Position numbers and translations under genes: made by a program
DNA from: Podarcis liolepis
Lineage: Eukaryota
Assembly (NCBI GenBank): GCA_965112155.1
Contig: OZ218099.1
Reading direction: 5' to 3' (one strand)
Length of the DNA stretch: 64,000 bases
Shown here: piece by piece, positions 48,716 to 62,159 of the stretch
How the letters are laid out: the number at the start of each line of letters is the position of its first letter
Numbering within the stretch: position 1 is the first letter of the stretch
The notes under the pieces: generated by a model
The model's input: the letters and a program-made list of their open reading frames with translations, nothing else
The model's database searches: none
Told to the model about the DNA's origin: nothing

Positions 48716-48855
48716 TTTCGGTTTGCTTCTTGATCTTCAGAGTTACAGTTTCTCCAGCCATCTGGAGTAGATGAATGGCTTCACTCAGAGGCTTCCCCTT
48801 AAGGCTTACATTATTAATAGCTAATATCCGGTCTCCTACATGGATCGCTCCAGTC
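48716..48855 (-). CDS. GRIP2: GRIP2 exon (PDZ6 second half): (R)[46 protein letters not shown]
   Basis: TAG/GTAAGT, 140 nt, phase 2 to 1. Confidence 0.96.
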
Positions 48856-50080
48856 CTAAAGAACAAGCAAATGAAAATTCCAACTGTTATGCAAGACAGT
48901 AATTTCATTAAACCAGCCCATAAATAAAGATATCCATGTTCAGTTGATGGATGCATGTGTGGCAAGATTTAAAGTTCTGTGGTAATCAGAAGAAAAACAT
49001 GAAAACAAATACACAACTATTTCCAGATTAGCAGGCACTTCTCCAAATTCAGTGATTTATAATGGAAAGAGAAGCCCATGTCTTCACCCGTTCTACACAT
49101 AATGCTTCTCAATCATCTATAAAGGCTGATCCATGAATTCCAATTGAAACAAACAAACAAACAAAAACTCCCAGACCTGTATATGCATATCTCTGCCTAC
49201 ACAATCTGCCAGGGTTTGGGAACCTTCACTTCTTGGGCCCCATTAGGCCCAGAACAGATCCCAAATTGGCCCATGGAGTGGTTTCTCACAAACCATCTGC
49301 ACACCTGACATCATATGTCATATGGATGTGGATTTAAGGGAGCTCTCAATTGCCCCTTGGCCAGCTGACTGGGAGCCATGCTGGGATCAGCTACACAAGG
49401 GAGCTCCCCAATGGGCTTTGAACCCAAGCTGCGTCCTCTGCAGAGGGGAAAATGCTCCATTTATAAATACTGTGTTTTTACTTCTGCAGAGACATCAAAG
49501 TGGTTACCAATCAGCTGTTTGGTGGTTACCGCAATCTCCTTTGAAGATGCCCTTTCAGCGATAGTCAGCTGATTGGTGCTAGAGTGGCTTGCTGTAACCA
49601 CCAATCTGCTGATCAGTGACCTCCTTTGAACTGTGACAGGTTTCAACCACCTGCAGTCATTATGATGCCATGTGAGCAGCAAGTGGGAAGTCCCTTTGCC
49701 CTCACTGCCATGGGAAGAAGCCACAGCCAATGTCTGACATCATGATGTCAAGAATACCTGTAAAAAAAATAAATGGGTTGCCATAGCCAATCAGATGAAA
49801 TGGCAGTGAAGTCAAAGAAGGCAGAAGACAGCGATGTCAAATAAGAAGGGGGGGGGGGTAACATTGCCTCAGAGTAGCAGGCAGAGGAACAAAAATGTGC
49901 CAAGAAGCAGAACATCATCCAAATGTTTGGTGAGGCCAATATTTTGCCTTGTCATTTGTCTGGCTATGGTGAATAGACTAATTTTGAGTTGCATTACAGA
50001 ATGTATGGTGCCCATAATAAAAGATATGATTCACCTATGAACACTACAAAACATACAAAACACAGTGAAGATGGTATAAA

Positions 50081-50322
50081 GCCAGTGTGGTGTAGTGGTT
50101 AAGAGTGGTAGACTCGTAATCTGGGGAACCGGGTTCGCGTCCCCACTCCTCCACATGCAGCTGCTGGGTGACCTTGGGCTAGTCACACTTCTTTGAAGTC
50201 TCTCAGCCCCACTCACCTCACAGAGTGTTTGTTGTGGGGGAGGAAGGGAAAGGAGAATGTTAGCTGCTTTGAGACTCCTTCGGGTAGTGATAAAGCGGGA
50301 TATCAAATCCAAACTCTTCTTC
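50081..50322 (+). mobile_element. tRNA-derived CORE/MIR-like SINE, full length
   Basis: A box tggtgtagtgg, B box gggttcgcgtcc, CORE-like gctgggtgaccttgggctagtcac, (TTC)n tail, TSD TATAAA(G). Confidence 0.85.
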
Positions 50323-51383
50323 TATAAAGAAAGAGTATTCCTCAGGGAAGTGACCCATTCAGTTTGATCCGGGCTTGCTTGACTTTAGTAATTCATCTAA
50401 ATAGACTGTGAACTACAAAGGGTTGAGTGAGTTTCACCTGACCCTTGGGGTGCTGCACACAGAGACCACAATAATAAAGGCTGCCTTTGCATGACCTAAG
50501 TACACCATCCAGCTCACAGGTGGAATTCAAGGTACAGCTCAACTGTGGGTTGTTTTCCAATGGACGCAGAGGCCAATTGTGCCATATCCTCCATTTAGAT
50601 CACAGTTGTTCCATTAAGCTACAGCTGCAACAGACATTCATTTCCTTGCATGCTCTAAATTGCACTACAACTCAAGCGTTGTTTAAGTACACAGAGACCA
50701 ATGGCCGGCCAGTTTCAGAATGCTTGCTGTACCCATGTCCATTTTCCTTGTGCTTCTGCTATTCTAGCCATCAGCTGTGGTAAAATCTCCAAGAATTGTC
50801 ATTTAAGCATATTTTATCTTCCCATCAGAAGAGTCTGTCTTAGCTACTCCCCTCCCTTCCGGGAGTAAATTACTTTTGCTTGCAGATCTCCCAAACAAAA
50901 GAACGCTGCCTATTTTCAGTCACAGAAAACAAAAGCTTAGCACACAGAACAGCAATCAGTTTTGGAAATCTTGTTTGTTGGCAGCTTATAGGGATATAAT
51001 TCAACTTCTTTATATTTTATGCTCTCTCTCTCCTCCACCCTGCTTTTTCCTTTGAGTCAGGATTGATTTCTCAACTATCCACTAGAGGTCACTATGGTGC
51101 CAGTTTAAATAGCAAAGTTAACTTTATTTCCAAACAGTGGATTAGTGAACTGAAATTATAAAATTCCTCTGTTTTCAATAGCAGCTGAATGGATTGGTAT
51201 AAATTATGGCTCAAAAATTCTGGGAAGGGAATGTGCATGGGCCCAAAGATTCACCCTGTATCTATTTTGTTTTTAAACAAAATAAATTTCTGAATTGCAC
51301 TATGCTTTTTACACTTCGATCTGCGCTCCAGGTTCCGAGCCATTCTGTATACAAGTGAAGTTCTGCGTTCTCCATTCATTACA

Positions 51384-51786
51384 TATATATATATTTATTT
51401 ATTACGGCCATAGGCCCATACAGATAAAAACAAGACATAAATAACAGCTTGTGCACGTGGGAAAAAACAGCCGCTAAAACACCACTGTAACAATAAAATA
51501 CAATAAGATGGCATGACATACTGCGCCTTAATTAGCTTGTAGTGCTCCTTGGCAACGCTTTTGGGTAAGGACAGCGACCAGAAACCTAGCCACTCTCAGG
51601 GTCGTATGGGTATCCTTGTCCTGCAAGATTTGGGCAAGGTGGAATTTTGGTGGGGTACCCTCTAGTTTCTGTATGATTGATCCCAACAAATTTGCCCGTG
51701 GCACATTGAACAAGGGGCAAGTGAACATAATGTGCTGAAGCGACTCCGGCGTCTCCTTATCACATTCGCACATGGCGGAGGCTTGA
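51384..51786 (-). mobile_element. 5'-truncated non-LTR retrotransposon 3' end (RTE-X-like)
   Basis: ORF end CECDKETPESLQHIMFTCPLF (C-terminal Cys/His knuckle); AT-rich tail; perfect 13-bp TSD TCCATTCATTACA (51371-51383, 51787-51799). Confidence 0.8.
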
Positions 51787-52065
51787 TCCATTCATTACAA
51801 CTGGGAAATATAAAAAATGGGTGCTATTTGCAAATAGGGCCACCCCTTCTGAGGAAATGAAGCCTGCCCAATTTCAGAATGATAGTTGCAGGGGTTCTCC
51901 TGCAAGGACAAACGTTACCAGTTTGCAGTGGTTACATGTGAACGGGGTGATGGTGGTGAAAAGAACAAAGGATCCACAGGAAAAACTGAGGTGGTGGTGG
52001 GGGGGAAATGTCATGTACCCCCAGCAATTTCACAAGCATGTAAACAAACAGTCCACAAATTACAA

Positions 52066-52209
52066 GCGGGATAGCTCAGTTGGTTAGGGCATGGTGCTGA
52101 TAATGCTAAGGTTGCAGGTTCAATCCCCATATGCTACAGCTACGTATTCCTATATTGCGGGGGGTTGGATTAGATGAATATCAGGGTCCCTTCCATCTCT
52201 ATGATTCTA
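52066..52209 (+). mobile_element. tRNA-Ile-derived SINE with CR1-like tail
   Basis: Head tagctcagttggttagggcatggtgctgataatgctaaggttgcaggttcaatcccc; tail ggtcccttccatctctatgattcta. Confidence 0.8.
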
Positions 52210-52272
52210 AGGTTATGTGGCTGCACATTTTGAACACAGCACTCCTGATTGGTTCCTTGCTTGTAACTGACA

Positions 52273-52311
<39 letters not shown>

Positions 52312-52665
52312 TGCACAAACATATCCGCCAATGCATAAACATAATAGCACTGAATATACTACCTGGAAGAAGCTTCACAGTTTCCCCAAGCAACACAAAA
52401 TTGCCCGCTGGGAGCTCAGAAACTGTGACAGCCATTCAGCACACAAACCTCTCACGTCTCCTCTCAAGATCACGTGCAACCAAGTTCTCTCTCCTCTCTT
52501 TCCTTACACGCACAGCCACGTAACTGTGCAGAAAGGTCTACACCACCCACGTATGCAGCCTCTATTTAATTCAGTGGTACAAATGAGCAGAAGAGCTTCC
52601 CAGTGGATTACACGCGGAGTATCATTATATCATGCCTGCCCATTAGGATGCAAATTGCAACTCAC

Positions 52666-52810
52666 CTTTCCGCCAGCCCTCGTTTTGTCAGTCCTGAAAT
52701 GACAATTGGGTCAAAAGGCTCCTCGGTCCCTGAAATAGTGATTCCCAGGGGTCCACCGTATCTCTTTAGCTCCACTGTGTAGATGATAGCACCAGTTGTT
52801 TCTTGCTCAT
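52666..52810 (-). CDS. GRIP2: GRIP2 exon (PDZ6 first half): (D)[47 protein letters not shown](R)
   Basis: CAG/GTGAGT, 145 nt; translated by hand; [10 protein letters not shown] matches GRIP2 rather than GRIP1 (IIISSLTKGG) as recalled. Confidence 0.96.
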
Positions 52811-53888
52811 CTGTTAAGAGGAAAGGAGGGCTCTGATTATAGAAATCACCCTAAACTAAAGGAACTCCTGAGATTAGTCCTAGATCATCTAGAAGATACA
52901 GGCTGATTATAAACTTCCATTAGACCTACTGCTTGTTCTTTCCAGTTATCAAAAAAACCCAGTAACCGCCAAAGAGGATTGGGAAATGATCATTTATTGC
53001 TTAATAGCTAGTAGCATGTGATTACTAATTTCATTATAATACAGGAAGGAATGAAGTGCATATTTTAATTTTTTTCCTCCCCGCTTCCTACAATTTCCCA
53101 TGAATTCTAATTGTTATTGATACAAAATACCTTTAACTTGTAGTCACTGATCTAAGTAATGCATCAATTTGTATTTGTAATTAATTTTGGTATATATGCT
53201 TTGATGCAACTTTGCTAATTAATATATCCAGAAACAATTATCTGAGTGTTTATTGCCGTTTGGATTTTAATTTTAAGGAATTGCTGCATGCCACATGCTG
53301 TAATTCAAACAAATATATATCTCAATGCAACCATGTTAAAACAGTTTAAAGATGAAAATGAATAAAAACGATGTCACAAAGAAAAACAATAAGGGAAGGA
53401 AAACAGGTGGAATCTGAAAGTATTGGACCGTACATAACTGCATTTATTAGCTAGGCAATTTTGTTTCCATTAATATACCTATGTTTCTAATAAGGCCATT
53501 TAGATACTGGTACTCTGTTCAATGCATAAACACTTATTTAATAATGATAAGGAATCTTCAAGGTATGCATCATAGCTGTCAACTTTTCCCTTTTCTTGCG
53601 AGGAATCCTATTTGGAATAATGGAATTTCCCTTAAAAAATGGAAAACGTTGACAGCTATGGTATGCATCAAAGTATTTCCTAGCAAAAGAGTAAGTAACC
53701 TTTAAGCCTTAGAGTAGGTTTGTAGGCACTTGCTGTGTGCACATGCGCACCAACACATGAGTGCACAGGCACATGTACACACTCACTACTTGAATAATGG
53801 TTTTCCAGTTTCTCTGCCAGGCTTTTCTTAAGTATTGGAGTGTTTTATTAAAATGGCTCAGAAATAGCTTGATTCAGTGCTTTCGTAC

Positions 53889-54034
53889 CAGAATTATCCT
53901 CATCCTTCCTGATCTTCAATTTGACAAGTTCTTCACACTGCTTTAAGATCTGCACCGCATCCTCCATTGAGCAATTGTCGAGTCGGATATTATCAATGGC
54001 TAACAGCTTGTCTCCGGGCTCTAAGGTGCCGGTC
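53889..54034 (-). CDS. GRIP2: GRIP2 exon (PDZ5 second half): (R)[48 protein letters not shown](D)
   Basis: CAG/GTACGA, 146 nt, phase 2 to 1; translated by hand. Confidence 0.96.
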
Positions 54035-54467
54035 CTGTGAGTAACGGAAAAAAACCAAGCCTGTGTTTAACACATTCCAAATAACTGCATACTTTGTTCT
54101 TCTCCAAGAGCTGTTGCAGTACTGTGGGTGGTATGGCAACTCTTCTGCAGAAGAGAATTTGCCCAGGTTAATGATTAAAAAAACCCCAAGATATTTCTGC
54201 ATAGAAACAGGTTCAAATAACTAAAATCCAGCCTGAGAATACACCTCATTATTAGCAATTCCCTCAACTGGTGAAAATTAGGCAGCCTTTCAACATTTCA
54301 ATTGGGGTACCTTAAATAAGTGAGAAAATAAAAAAATGAGTCACAGGTGAAGGAAGCTGGTGTCAAGAAACCGTTTTGTGAATTACATTGTTCTCCATAC
54401 ATCATGAAAGGACATAGGGAGGTGCTGTTATTGGCTCTCCTCATCTCTCATGGTGTGTCATCCAGAG

Positions 54468-54597
54468 CAGAGGTAGCCAACTTGTTGCCCTACAGATGTT
54501 TGACTACAACTCCCATCAGCCCTGATCACTGGCTTTGCTGGCTAGGGCTGATGGGAGTTGTAGTCCAACAACAGCTGGAAGCTTCCATGTTGGCTAC
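54468..54597. mobile_element. Fold-back hAT MITE related to 47916-48044
   Basis: gactacaactcccatcagccct / agggctgatgggagttgtagtc inverted repeat. Confidence 0.8.
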
Positions 54598-54845
54598 GTT
54601 AAAATAATATAGACCAGTTTATACTGCACGTAACTCAGAGAGCAAACTCTTAATGCATGCATGTTCTACTTTTATATAACAAGGCAGTGCTGGCAACACT
54701 GCTTGTACTGGAATCAAGTAGGCTTAAGTGAGATTCCAGGAGTCAGTATGCTTATAAAATACTAATTTATTAAAGCCAGGACTGTACTCTAATTAGACCT
54801 ACTTCTATACTGAGGCCAAAGGAAATGTCAGGCCACGGCACACCT

Positions 54846-55144
54846 TGTCACATAGAGGAGGGAGAAAGGTTGTTTTCTGCTGCTCCAGAGAAGTGGACAC
54901 AGAGCAATGGATCCAAACTACAAGAAAGAAGATTCCACCTAAACATTAAGAAGAACTTCCTGACAGTAAGAGTTGTTCAACAGTGGAATTTGCTGCCAAG
55001 GAGTGTGGTGGAGTCTCCTTCTTTGGAGGTCTTTAAGCAGAGGCTTGACAACCATATGTCAGGATTGCTCTGACGGTGTTTCCTGCTTGGCAGGGGGTTG
55101 GACTCGATGGCCCTTGTGGTCTCTTCCAACTCTATGATTCTATG
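54846..55144 (+). mobile_element. CR1 LINE 3' end (ORF2 C-terminus + 3'UTR)
   Basis: Peptide KLQERRFHLNIKKNFLTVRVVQQWNLLPRSVVESPSLEVFKQRLD; tail ttccaactctatgattctatg. Confidence 0.93.
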
Positions 55145-55499
55145 TGAATAACTTCAGCAAGTCTAATTACACACAGGATGAGAATATGCAAACATCTGAG
55201 AACTTCGGAAGACATGGAAAATGTTTGGTGTTACAGTTCATTGGTCCTGATGTTTGGGAAGGAGGCAGAGCACACATACTTTGCACAACGAACCCAGTTC
55301 AACCCCCAACATCTTAAGCTGAAAAGATCTCAGGAGGCTGGTCTGAGAAAGAGCTTTGCTGTTGCCTTCAGGCCCTGCTTGCTGGCATCTTATAGGCATC
55401 TGGTTGGCCACTGTATGAGCAGGACCTTGGATTGGATAACTGGGTTCAGCTGATTTAGTGTCTGAGACTTGTAAGTGGAAAATTAGATTCTTCACTTAC

Positions 55500-55563
55500 C
55501 TGTGTGCTACACTTCCCTTCTTGATATCAGAGATAATTAAAGGCTCCCCAGACTTTCTGCTTG
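55500..55563 (-). CDS. GRIP2: GRIP2 exon (PDZ5 middle): (S)[20 protein letters not shown](R)
   Basis: CAG/GTAAGT, 64 nt, phase 1 to 2; translated by hand. Confidence 0.93.
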
Positions 55564-57292
55564 CTGTTATGAGAGAGATACCACAGAGTCAAAACTCAAT
55601 CTGTACCTCTAGGATAATCTTTAGCATTACACTAACTTCACAAAGCAGGAAACGGTAGATTGTACAAGTCTTTGGAATTCAAAATTGAATGGAAGATTCA
55701 TGCTGAGAAAGCCTAACACTTGGCCTAAAGTTTATTAAGCATTGGCATTGACAGGCACTTTAAGAACATCACATTTCTACACACTTATCCCCAAACAGGA
55801 GATTTCTTTCTGGACTTTCATGGCGTCATGATTATGGCAACAATATAAGCCCGTGTGGTGCAATGGTTAGACTTCAGGACCCCCAGGCTTGAATCCCCCA
55901 TCAGTTGTGGAGAGTGGGGGGGGGGGGAGAACTACCACAACTTGATTTATGTTATGATCCAAACAACTGAGTCATATTCACAGAGACCAATGACCTGGAC
56001 AAGAGAAGAGTAAAAAGGCATCGATTTCTGTTCAGGCCCGTGTTTCGTCTCATGCAGCACTGTTTCTGCTCCACTGCAGTTTGACTGCCAACAGAAACTA
56101 TACAATTCCTCTCACGAATTGTCTGATACAGTGGAATCTTACATAATTCATTACGTGGTTAATTTATCATCACGTTACTCCACACCATTTATTTAAACAC
56201 AAATACCATTCATTTCAATGCAAAGGAAACGCAATGCAACTCAGGGAGGGAAAGTTATCGATTATGCAGACTGAAAAGAACAAGAGAAGCAAATATTGAT
56301 CATATTTGCTGGACTGATTTCTGCTCCAGACGTGGGACGAATAAACAAAAAGAAGCAATTTCCATTCCCGTCAGAATCCTCCAACATCCCTAACAAAGGG
56401 TGAGCGCAGATGGCTCCAGAAAAACTAGGCTTGGGAAGCAAAGGGGTGGCAAGAACCATTATTACGAGAGCAATAAAGAAATCAAAGTGACCAAAAGATG
56501 GGGAGGTGGTGAATGGGGGTAAGAGGAAATACTGTGGAACACCCACCACCCTTCAGCTATCTTTGATGGTGCAACCTTTTCCTTCTCCTATGGCAGGAGT
56601 ATCACAGCGGACAGATCCACAAAGATAGCTCAAGAGTAAAAGGGGAGGGAGCAGGTGTCCTAGAGATTCCACATACTCGACATACAACAAGATGATGTAC
56701 CCATAGAGTAGGGATGGGGAACATTTTCCAGTGCAACGTTCCCTTGTGAGCAACCTTTCCGAGGCTGCATGCTAGTTGTGGGGAAAGCCAGAGATAAAAG
56801 TGGATGAAGCAACACATGTGACTATTATCTTTGCACAGCAGGCTGTGTTCCAGTCACACAAAATCCAGAGGTTCCAACACACATGTCCACCCATTGCGTC
56901 CTCCCCCCAGGCAAGCAGCAGGCACTATCACAGCTCACGGACAGATCCCAAGCAGGCCTGAGGGCCACATTCAATCCATTGGCCTGAAGTTCCCCCAGCC
57001 CTGTCACATAGGACTGTAGAGGGAATCCAAGAGTACGGCTTCTTGCCAGGAAGCATTTCACTTCATTATCTTTTTCTCAGCCACATCTGATTGTGAGCAG
57101 ACCAGGACATCTGATACCTGTTTAAAACTAAGGGCATTTTTACCACAGAAATGGTATAGAGCGAGATAACAAGAATCAGTTCCAAAGCTGTTCAGATCTT
57201 TCTCCTGTTTCCCCCCCTTCCTGGTTGAACAAATTCGCCTCTATTGAATAATATAAAAATGCAATTAGTCAGTACCTATGCATAGACCTAGA

Positions 57293-57639
57293 GGGACGCG
57301 GGTGGTGCTGTGGGTTAAACCACAGAGCCTAGGACTTGCCGATCAGAAGGTCGGCGGTTCGAATCCCTGCAGCGGGGTGAGCTCCCGTTGCTCGGTCCCA
57401 GCTCCTGCCCACCTAGCAGTTTGAGAGCACATCAAAGTGCAAGTAGATAAATAGGTATCGCTCCAGTGGGAAGGTAAACAGTGTTTCCGTGCGCTGCTCT
57501 GGTTCGCCAGAAGCAGCTTAGTCATGACCCGGAAGCTGTACGCCGGCTCCCTCGGCCAATAAAATGAGATGAGAGCCACAACTCTAGAGTCGGCCACGAC
57601 GGGACCTAATGGTCAGGGGTCCCTTTACCTTTACCTTTA
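57293..57639 (+). mobile_element. Sauria SINE (Squam1), full length
   Basis: gggacgcgggtggtgctgtgg head, B box ggttcgaatcc, (ACCTTT)n tail. Confidence 0.93.
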
Positions 57640-58882
57640 TGCATGGTCCAATCAACCATTATTAGATCATCTCAGCAATGGTAGAAGTAGGCAGAAAGGT
57701 CTAGCACTGCAATTCTCTACACATGTACTCAGAAGCATAGCTGGCCAAGTCCAATGGATCTTACTCCCAGCCATTTCCCAGCATTTATTAAGGTTAACTT
57801 GTTGAAGGGCTCTTACAGATAACAGAGGCATAAAATAATCCAACTCTCCATGAATTGGCCTTGTAATTGCCCCAAACTACACTTCTCTCATCAAAGTTAG
57901 ATATGCACGCTAGGCCTACATTTATCCTGGTACAACACACATTATTGCTGAATGCAGCAACCCACTCACTAATAAGCACAAAAGAAGATACCATCAGAGA
58001 AGAAATAATTCGGTCTCTGGAGCTGGTTTGTCAATGGCAAAATTTGAACTACGCTTTTCAAAACAGGCTTAATGATATTTAATTTGGATGTAGCAACATA
58101 GATCTAGGAAGCTGTGCTGCATACCGGTAATTAAAAGAATTTCCAGCCCAGAATTCAGCAGAACTGGTAACAATTCAATTTGCTTTAAATAGTCACATAT
58201 AATTAGAACACTTTACAAAAAACAACAACGCTTAATAATATTAAACAAGGCAAACTCTCCTCTTAAAAGTAATTCAGTATCGTACTGATTGTTCTGTGAT
58301 GCTCCTCCCAATATGCAAATCATACAAACGAATTTAGGGGACTACTGATCAGCAGTCAATTAGTATTCAATTAACCCTACTAGATCTTATTAGCCAAATT
58401 AAATTCTCATGGGCAAGTGCCACCTCTTCCTGTTCACCACTCAGGTTTTCTTTCAGCTGGCCTTTTAATCCAATGCTGAAATTAGAATGGGTTTGCTTTG
58501 TTTTTAATTCATGGAGCCATTATATGCAGCTCAGGCTTGTTATCTGGCAATTCATATTAAAGGCTTCATGTATATCTCCATTCTATTCTACCAGAACTCC
58601 ACCATGCCTTCTTGAGTTGTGAATGAAAACGACATTGTCCTTGTTTCCTATGGTGCTATGTACTAGAGCAGGGGTGGGAAACCATTTTGGCCTGACAGGC
58701 AGATCCCACTCCCATAGGTCAATTTTTACAGGTGGGTGGGGCAACCTGCCTGTCAATCACTAGGTGTTGTTATGACATCAGATGATTGATAGGTGGGTTG
58801 TCTTGCCCTCTTGTAAAAGTCCCTTGCGCAGTGCTTGAGAACCACAGTGTAAGGGACTTTGCAGGCTTTCTGCTTGGAACTT

Positions 58883-59026
58883 GGCATAGCTCTGTCAGTA
58901 GAGAATGAGACTCTTAACCTCAAGAGTCATGAGTTTGAGCCCCACATTGGGGGGAAAGATTCCTGCATTGCAGGGGGTTGGACTAGATTGGCCCTTGTGG
59001 TCCCTTCCAACTCTATGGTTCTATGA
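58883..59026 (+). mobile_element. tRNA-Lys(CTT)-derived SINE with CR1-like tail, apparently nested in an older hAT-like element (~58669-59123)
   Basis: Head tagctctgtcagtagagaatgagactcttaacctc...gagtttgagccccacattggg; tail nearly identical to the CR1 end at 55090-55144. Confidence 0.82.
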
Positions 59027-60671
59027 CTTTCCCAAGTGCAAAGCGTAGTACTAGCAAAGCTGTCTTCTGCAGGGATCAGCTGTACCACTGAGCACCCCAT
59101 GGCTTGTCAGGTTGCCCAGACTGACAAACTGAAGTTATTCAACATAACAAACTACGGCTATCCAAGAGAAGAAGCTAAAGCTTGCAGACTTTTGGTTACA
59201 CAGAAGGAAAGAGAAGGGAGTCAGCCTGGAAGAAGGCTAGCTTTGTTCACATCTTGCTAAACCAAAATTCAGTGTGATGTCTGAACGCAGTCTATATGAT
59301 TGAGGCTCACCATCCCACCAATTGCTAACTACAGGCTAATCACCTGTTTGGAATTATAATTTCTTTTAAATAAAGAAACTTCCTTATATAATGCTCCATT
59401 GCACCAGAAGACTCATGTGTATGTATGTCTGCATATGTACGGCTTCTGATCCAAAGTTTCACTGTAGTCTGAGGCTTAGAAGTTAAAATATTCTCTGCAG
59501 AAGAAATCTGGAGAACGCACCAAACCTCAATCAAACACTCTCTTTCTTAGGTATTACTACATTAAACATGCTTAGCTTTGTGACATTTCTGCAGATCAAT
59601 AACCAGGCATTTTGACAACAGAAATGCAAACTGTTCTCAAACCAACTTGATACTATTTCACAAGCTATCCTTCCTGCGCCCCGTTCGCCTTCATTGTTGC
59701 AGCTGGCAAGTAAAGAGATCTCAGTCTTGCCAGTAACTGCACCAATTGAGCCCACAACTCGGCCAGCTGGCCGCCTTTGTATGGATCACAGTATTCACAC
59801 TAAGGGGCATTTAAGGGTAATTCCACGTTTTGAGGGTACCAGCTCATGTCTCAGCACAACAAAAGAGGAAGGATGTTCGGCATTCTTATTTACTTTTCCT
59901 GATTCGTAGGCATGCTCCCACAATATCTGCAGGGAGCCTGTCTACTTCTGCTTTATGGTATGATAGATGAAGTGTCTCAAAACACATGTCCATTTTGTGT
60001 TTTTAATAGGATGCATAATGACTTGGACTGGGAAATTATTCCCCTCAGAGGAGCTTGAGCACATAACTCACATGCACCAGTGACTCTGCCAGTTATAAAA
60101 CACCTTCTACTATTGATTGAGACAAAGCAGCATTTGGGAAATGTGTAATTAAACAAAGTCTAATACAGCTATAAAGCCACATCTCAGAAACAAAGTGTTC
60201 ATAAGGGTTTGGGGGGGGGGGAGAAATGATTTAAAAAAGCCACGAGAACTCAAGAATAGCTGAGCCAAGGGGAACACAAATATACACAGGACAAAATACA
60301 TTTCAGGTCTGAATTACAAAAGAGGAGCAGTCAGCATAAAAATCTACTACTACTAGAATACTTCTGTAGAATCCATTAATTTAAGACAGGGTTTATAAAT
60401 TAAACATTGTTCTAGCAGGGTATTCCTTTCAAGCTCTCCTCCAAATCCTGAATACAGAACAGAACGATTCACAAAGGTATTTCTGAGGAGGGTTAAATTC
60501 CGCTTCACGTACTACCAATGTACAGGTGTTGAAAGTCTCCCCTGTCTGCGGTAGTAAGATCAGGGCTTCTAACATGGTTTTCAGTGCTAGTCTTAAAACC
60601 ACAGTCTTTTCACATAAAAATCTATTCCTAGTGTTCCTCCCCTCCAAGTTTTGTTGGTTTCAGCTGCCTCA

Positions 60672-60760
60672 GACTGCAATCTTAAACACACTGACCTAGG
60701 AATAAATCCCACTGAACTCAATGGAGCTTATTTCTGAGGCGATATGCGTAGGATTGCGCT
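60672..60760. mobile_element. ~90-bp palindromic MITE, copy
   Basis: gactgcaatctta...taggattgcgct|TTA; shared internal motif. Confidence 0.65.
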
Positions 60761-61530
60761 TTAATTTACCAAGGAGGAAAAGGACTTTCTGACATTGCTA
60801 TTACTAAACTATTTGGTGTCAACCACAAATCATTTGGCGAGATCACAGATCCTTTTCAAACTTGTGCCAACTCCTGAGGTAGACTCTTCCACATGGTAAA
60901 ACGTAGACCCAAATGAAAAAAGTTTTCATCACATTGAAAGGAAACATATGAATTGATCTTGACCTGCTTACAAGTTCAAAATATTTTGTGGAACTTATAC
61001 AGTACAGGAAGAGTTTTAATCATGATTAGACAAAATGATGTCTTGCAAGATGTAACCCTCTCAAGCAATCCTCGGAGAAGCTATTTTAACTAAGACTTTA
61101 ATTAAAGTATTTGAATTAAAGTATTCCAGCTGAGGCCAGAAGAGGCACATTACATATTATACAAATTATTTTAAAAGGACCAGTTGTTTACTCCACTTAC
61201 TGCAAAACTCAGCAAGTATCTGTTTTGCAGCAAGTATCACATGCTTTGATCACCTGCACTTGACATACCATCATCAGTTAAATTATTGTTTCTCAATTGT
61301 TTCATAATTATGTTCATATTCACAAAAGCCCTATGATGCCAGCCACTATTGGTTCCGTTTTATAGTCAAGAGGTGGTGATGTAGCTATGGCTATTTAGTT
61401 TTATTTTTAAGTATGCAACTAATCTGATGTAATTCTACTAAGATGCCTTGACTGATTTAAGTGTGAACTTTGGATAAATATAAAAATGTGAAACTATTAG
61501 GATTTATTGAAATTACTATTTTTTGGAATA

Positions 61531-61928
<398 letters not shown>

Positions 61929-62114
61929 TCACTCACAACTTAAATTGTGGGAGCACGCAGCTAAGAGCTAACACAAAGATGGTATTTGAAGTGGAGATCA
62001 TAGTATTAATTAATTAATTCATTTATTTCCATCCCAGATTTCCTGCCAAAGGAGCCCTGGGTAGCCAACACATAAATGGTAAAACAATTACAACATCTAA
62101 AAACATCTACCAGG

Positions 62115-62159
<45 letters not shown>

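Noticed and set aside
52066-52135. tRNA-Ile gene (and tRNA-Lys at 58883 and 28036)
   Set aside because: Acceptor stems are broken, CpGs have decayed, and each head is fused to a CR1-like tail, so these are SINE heads
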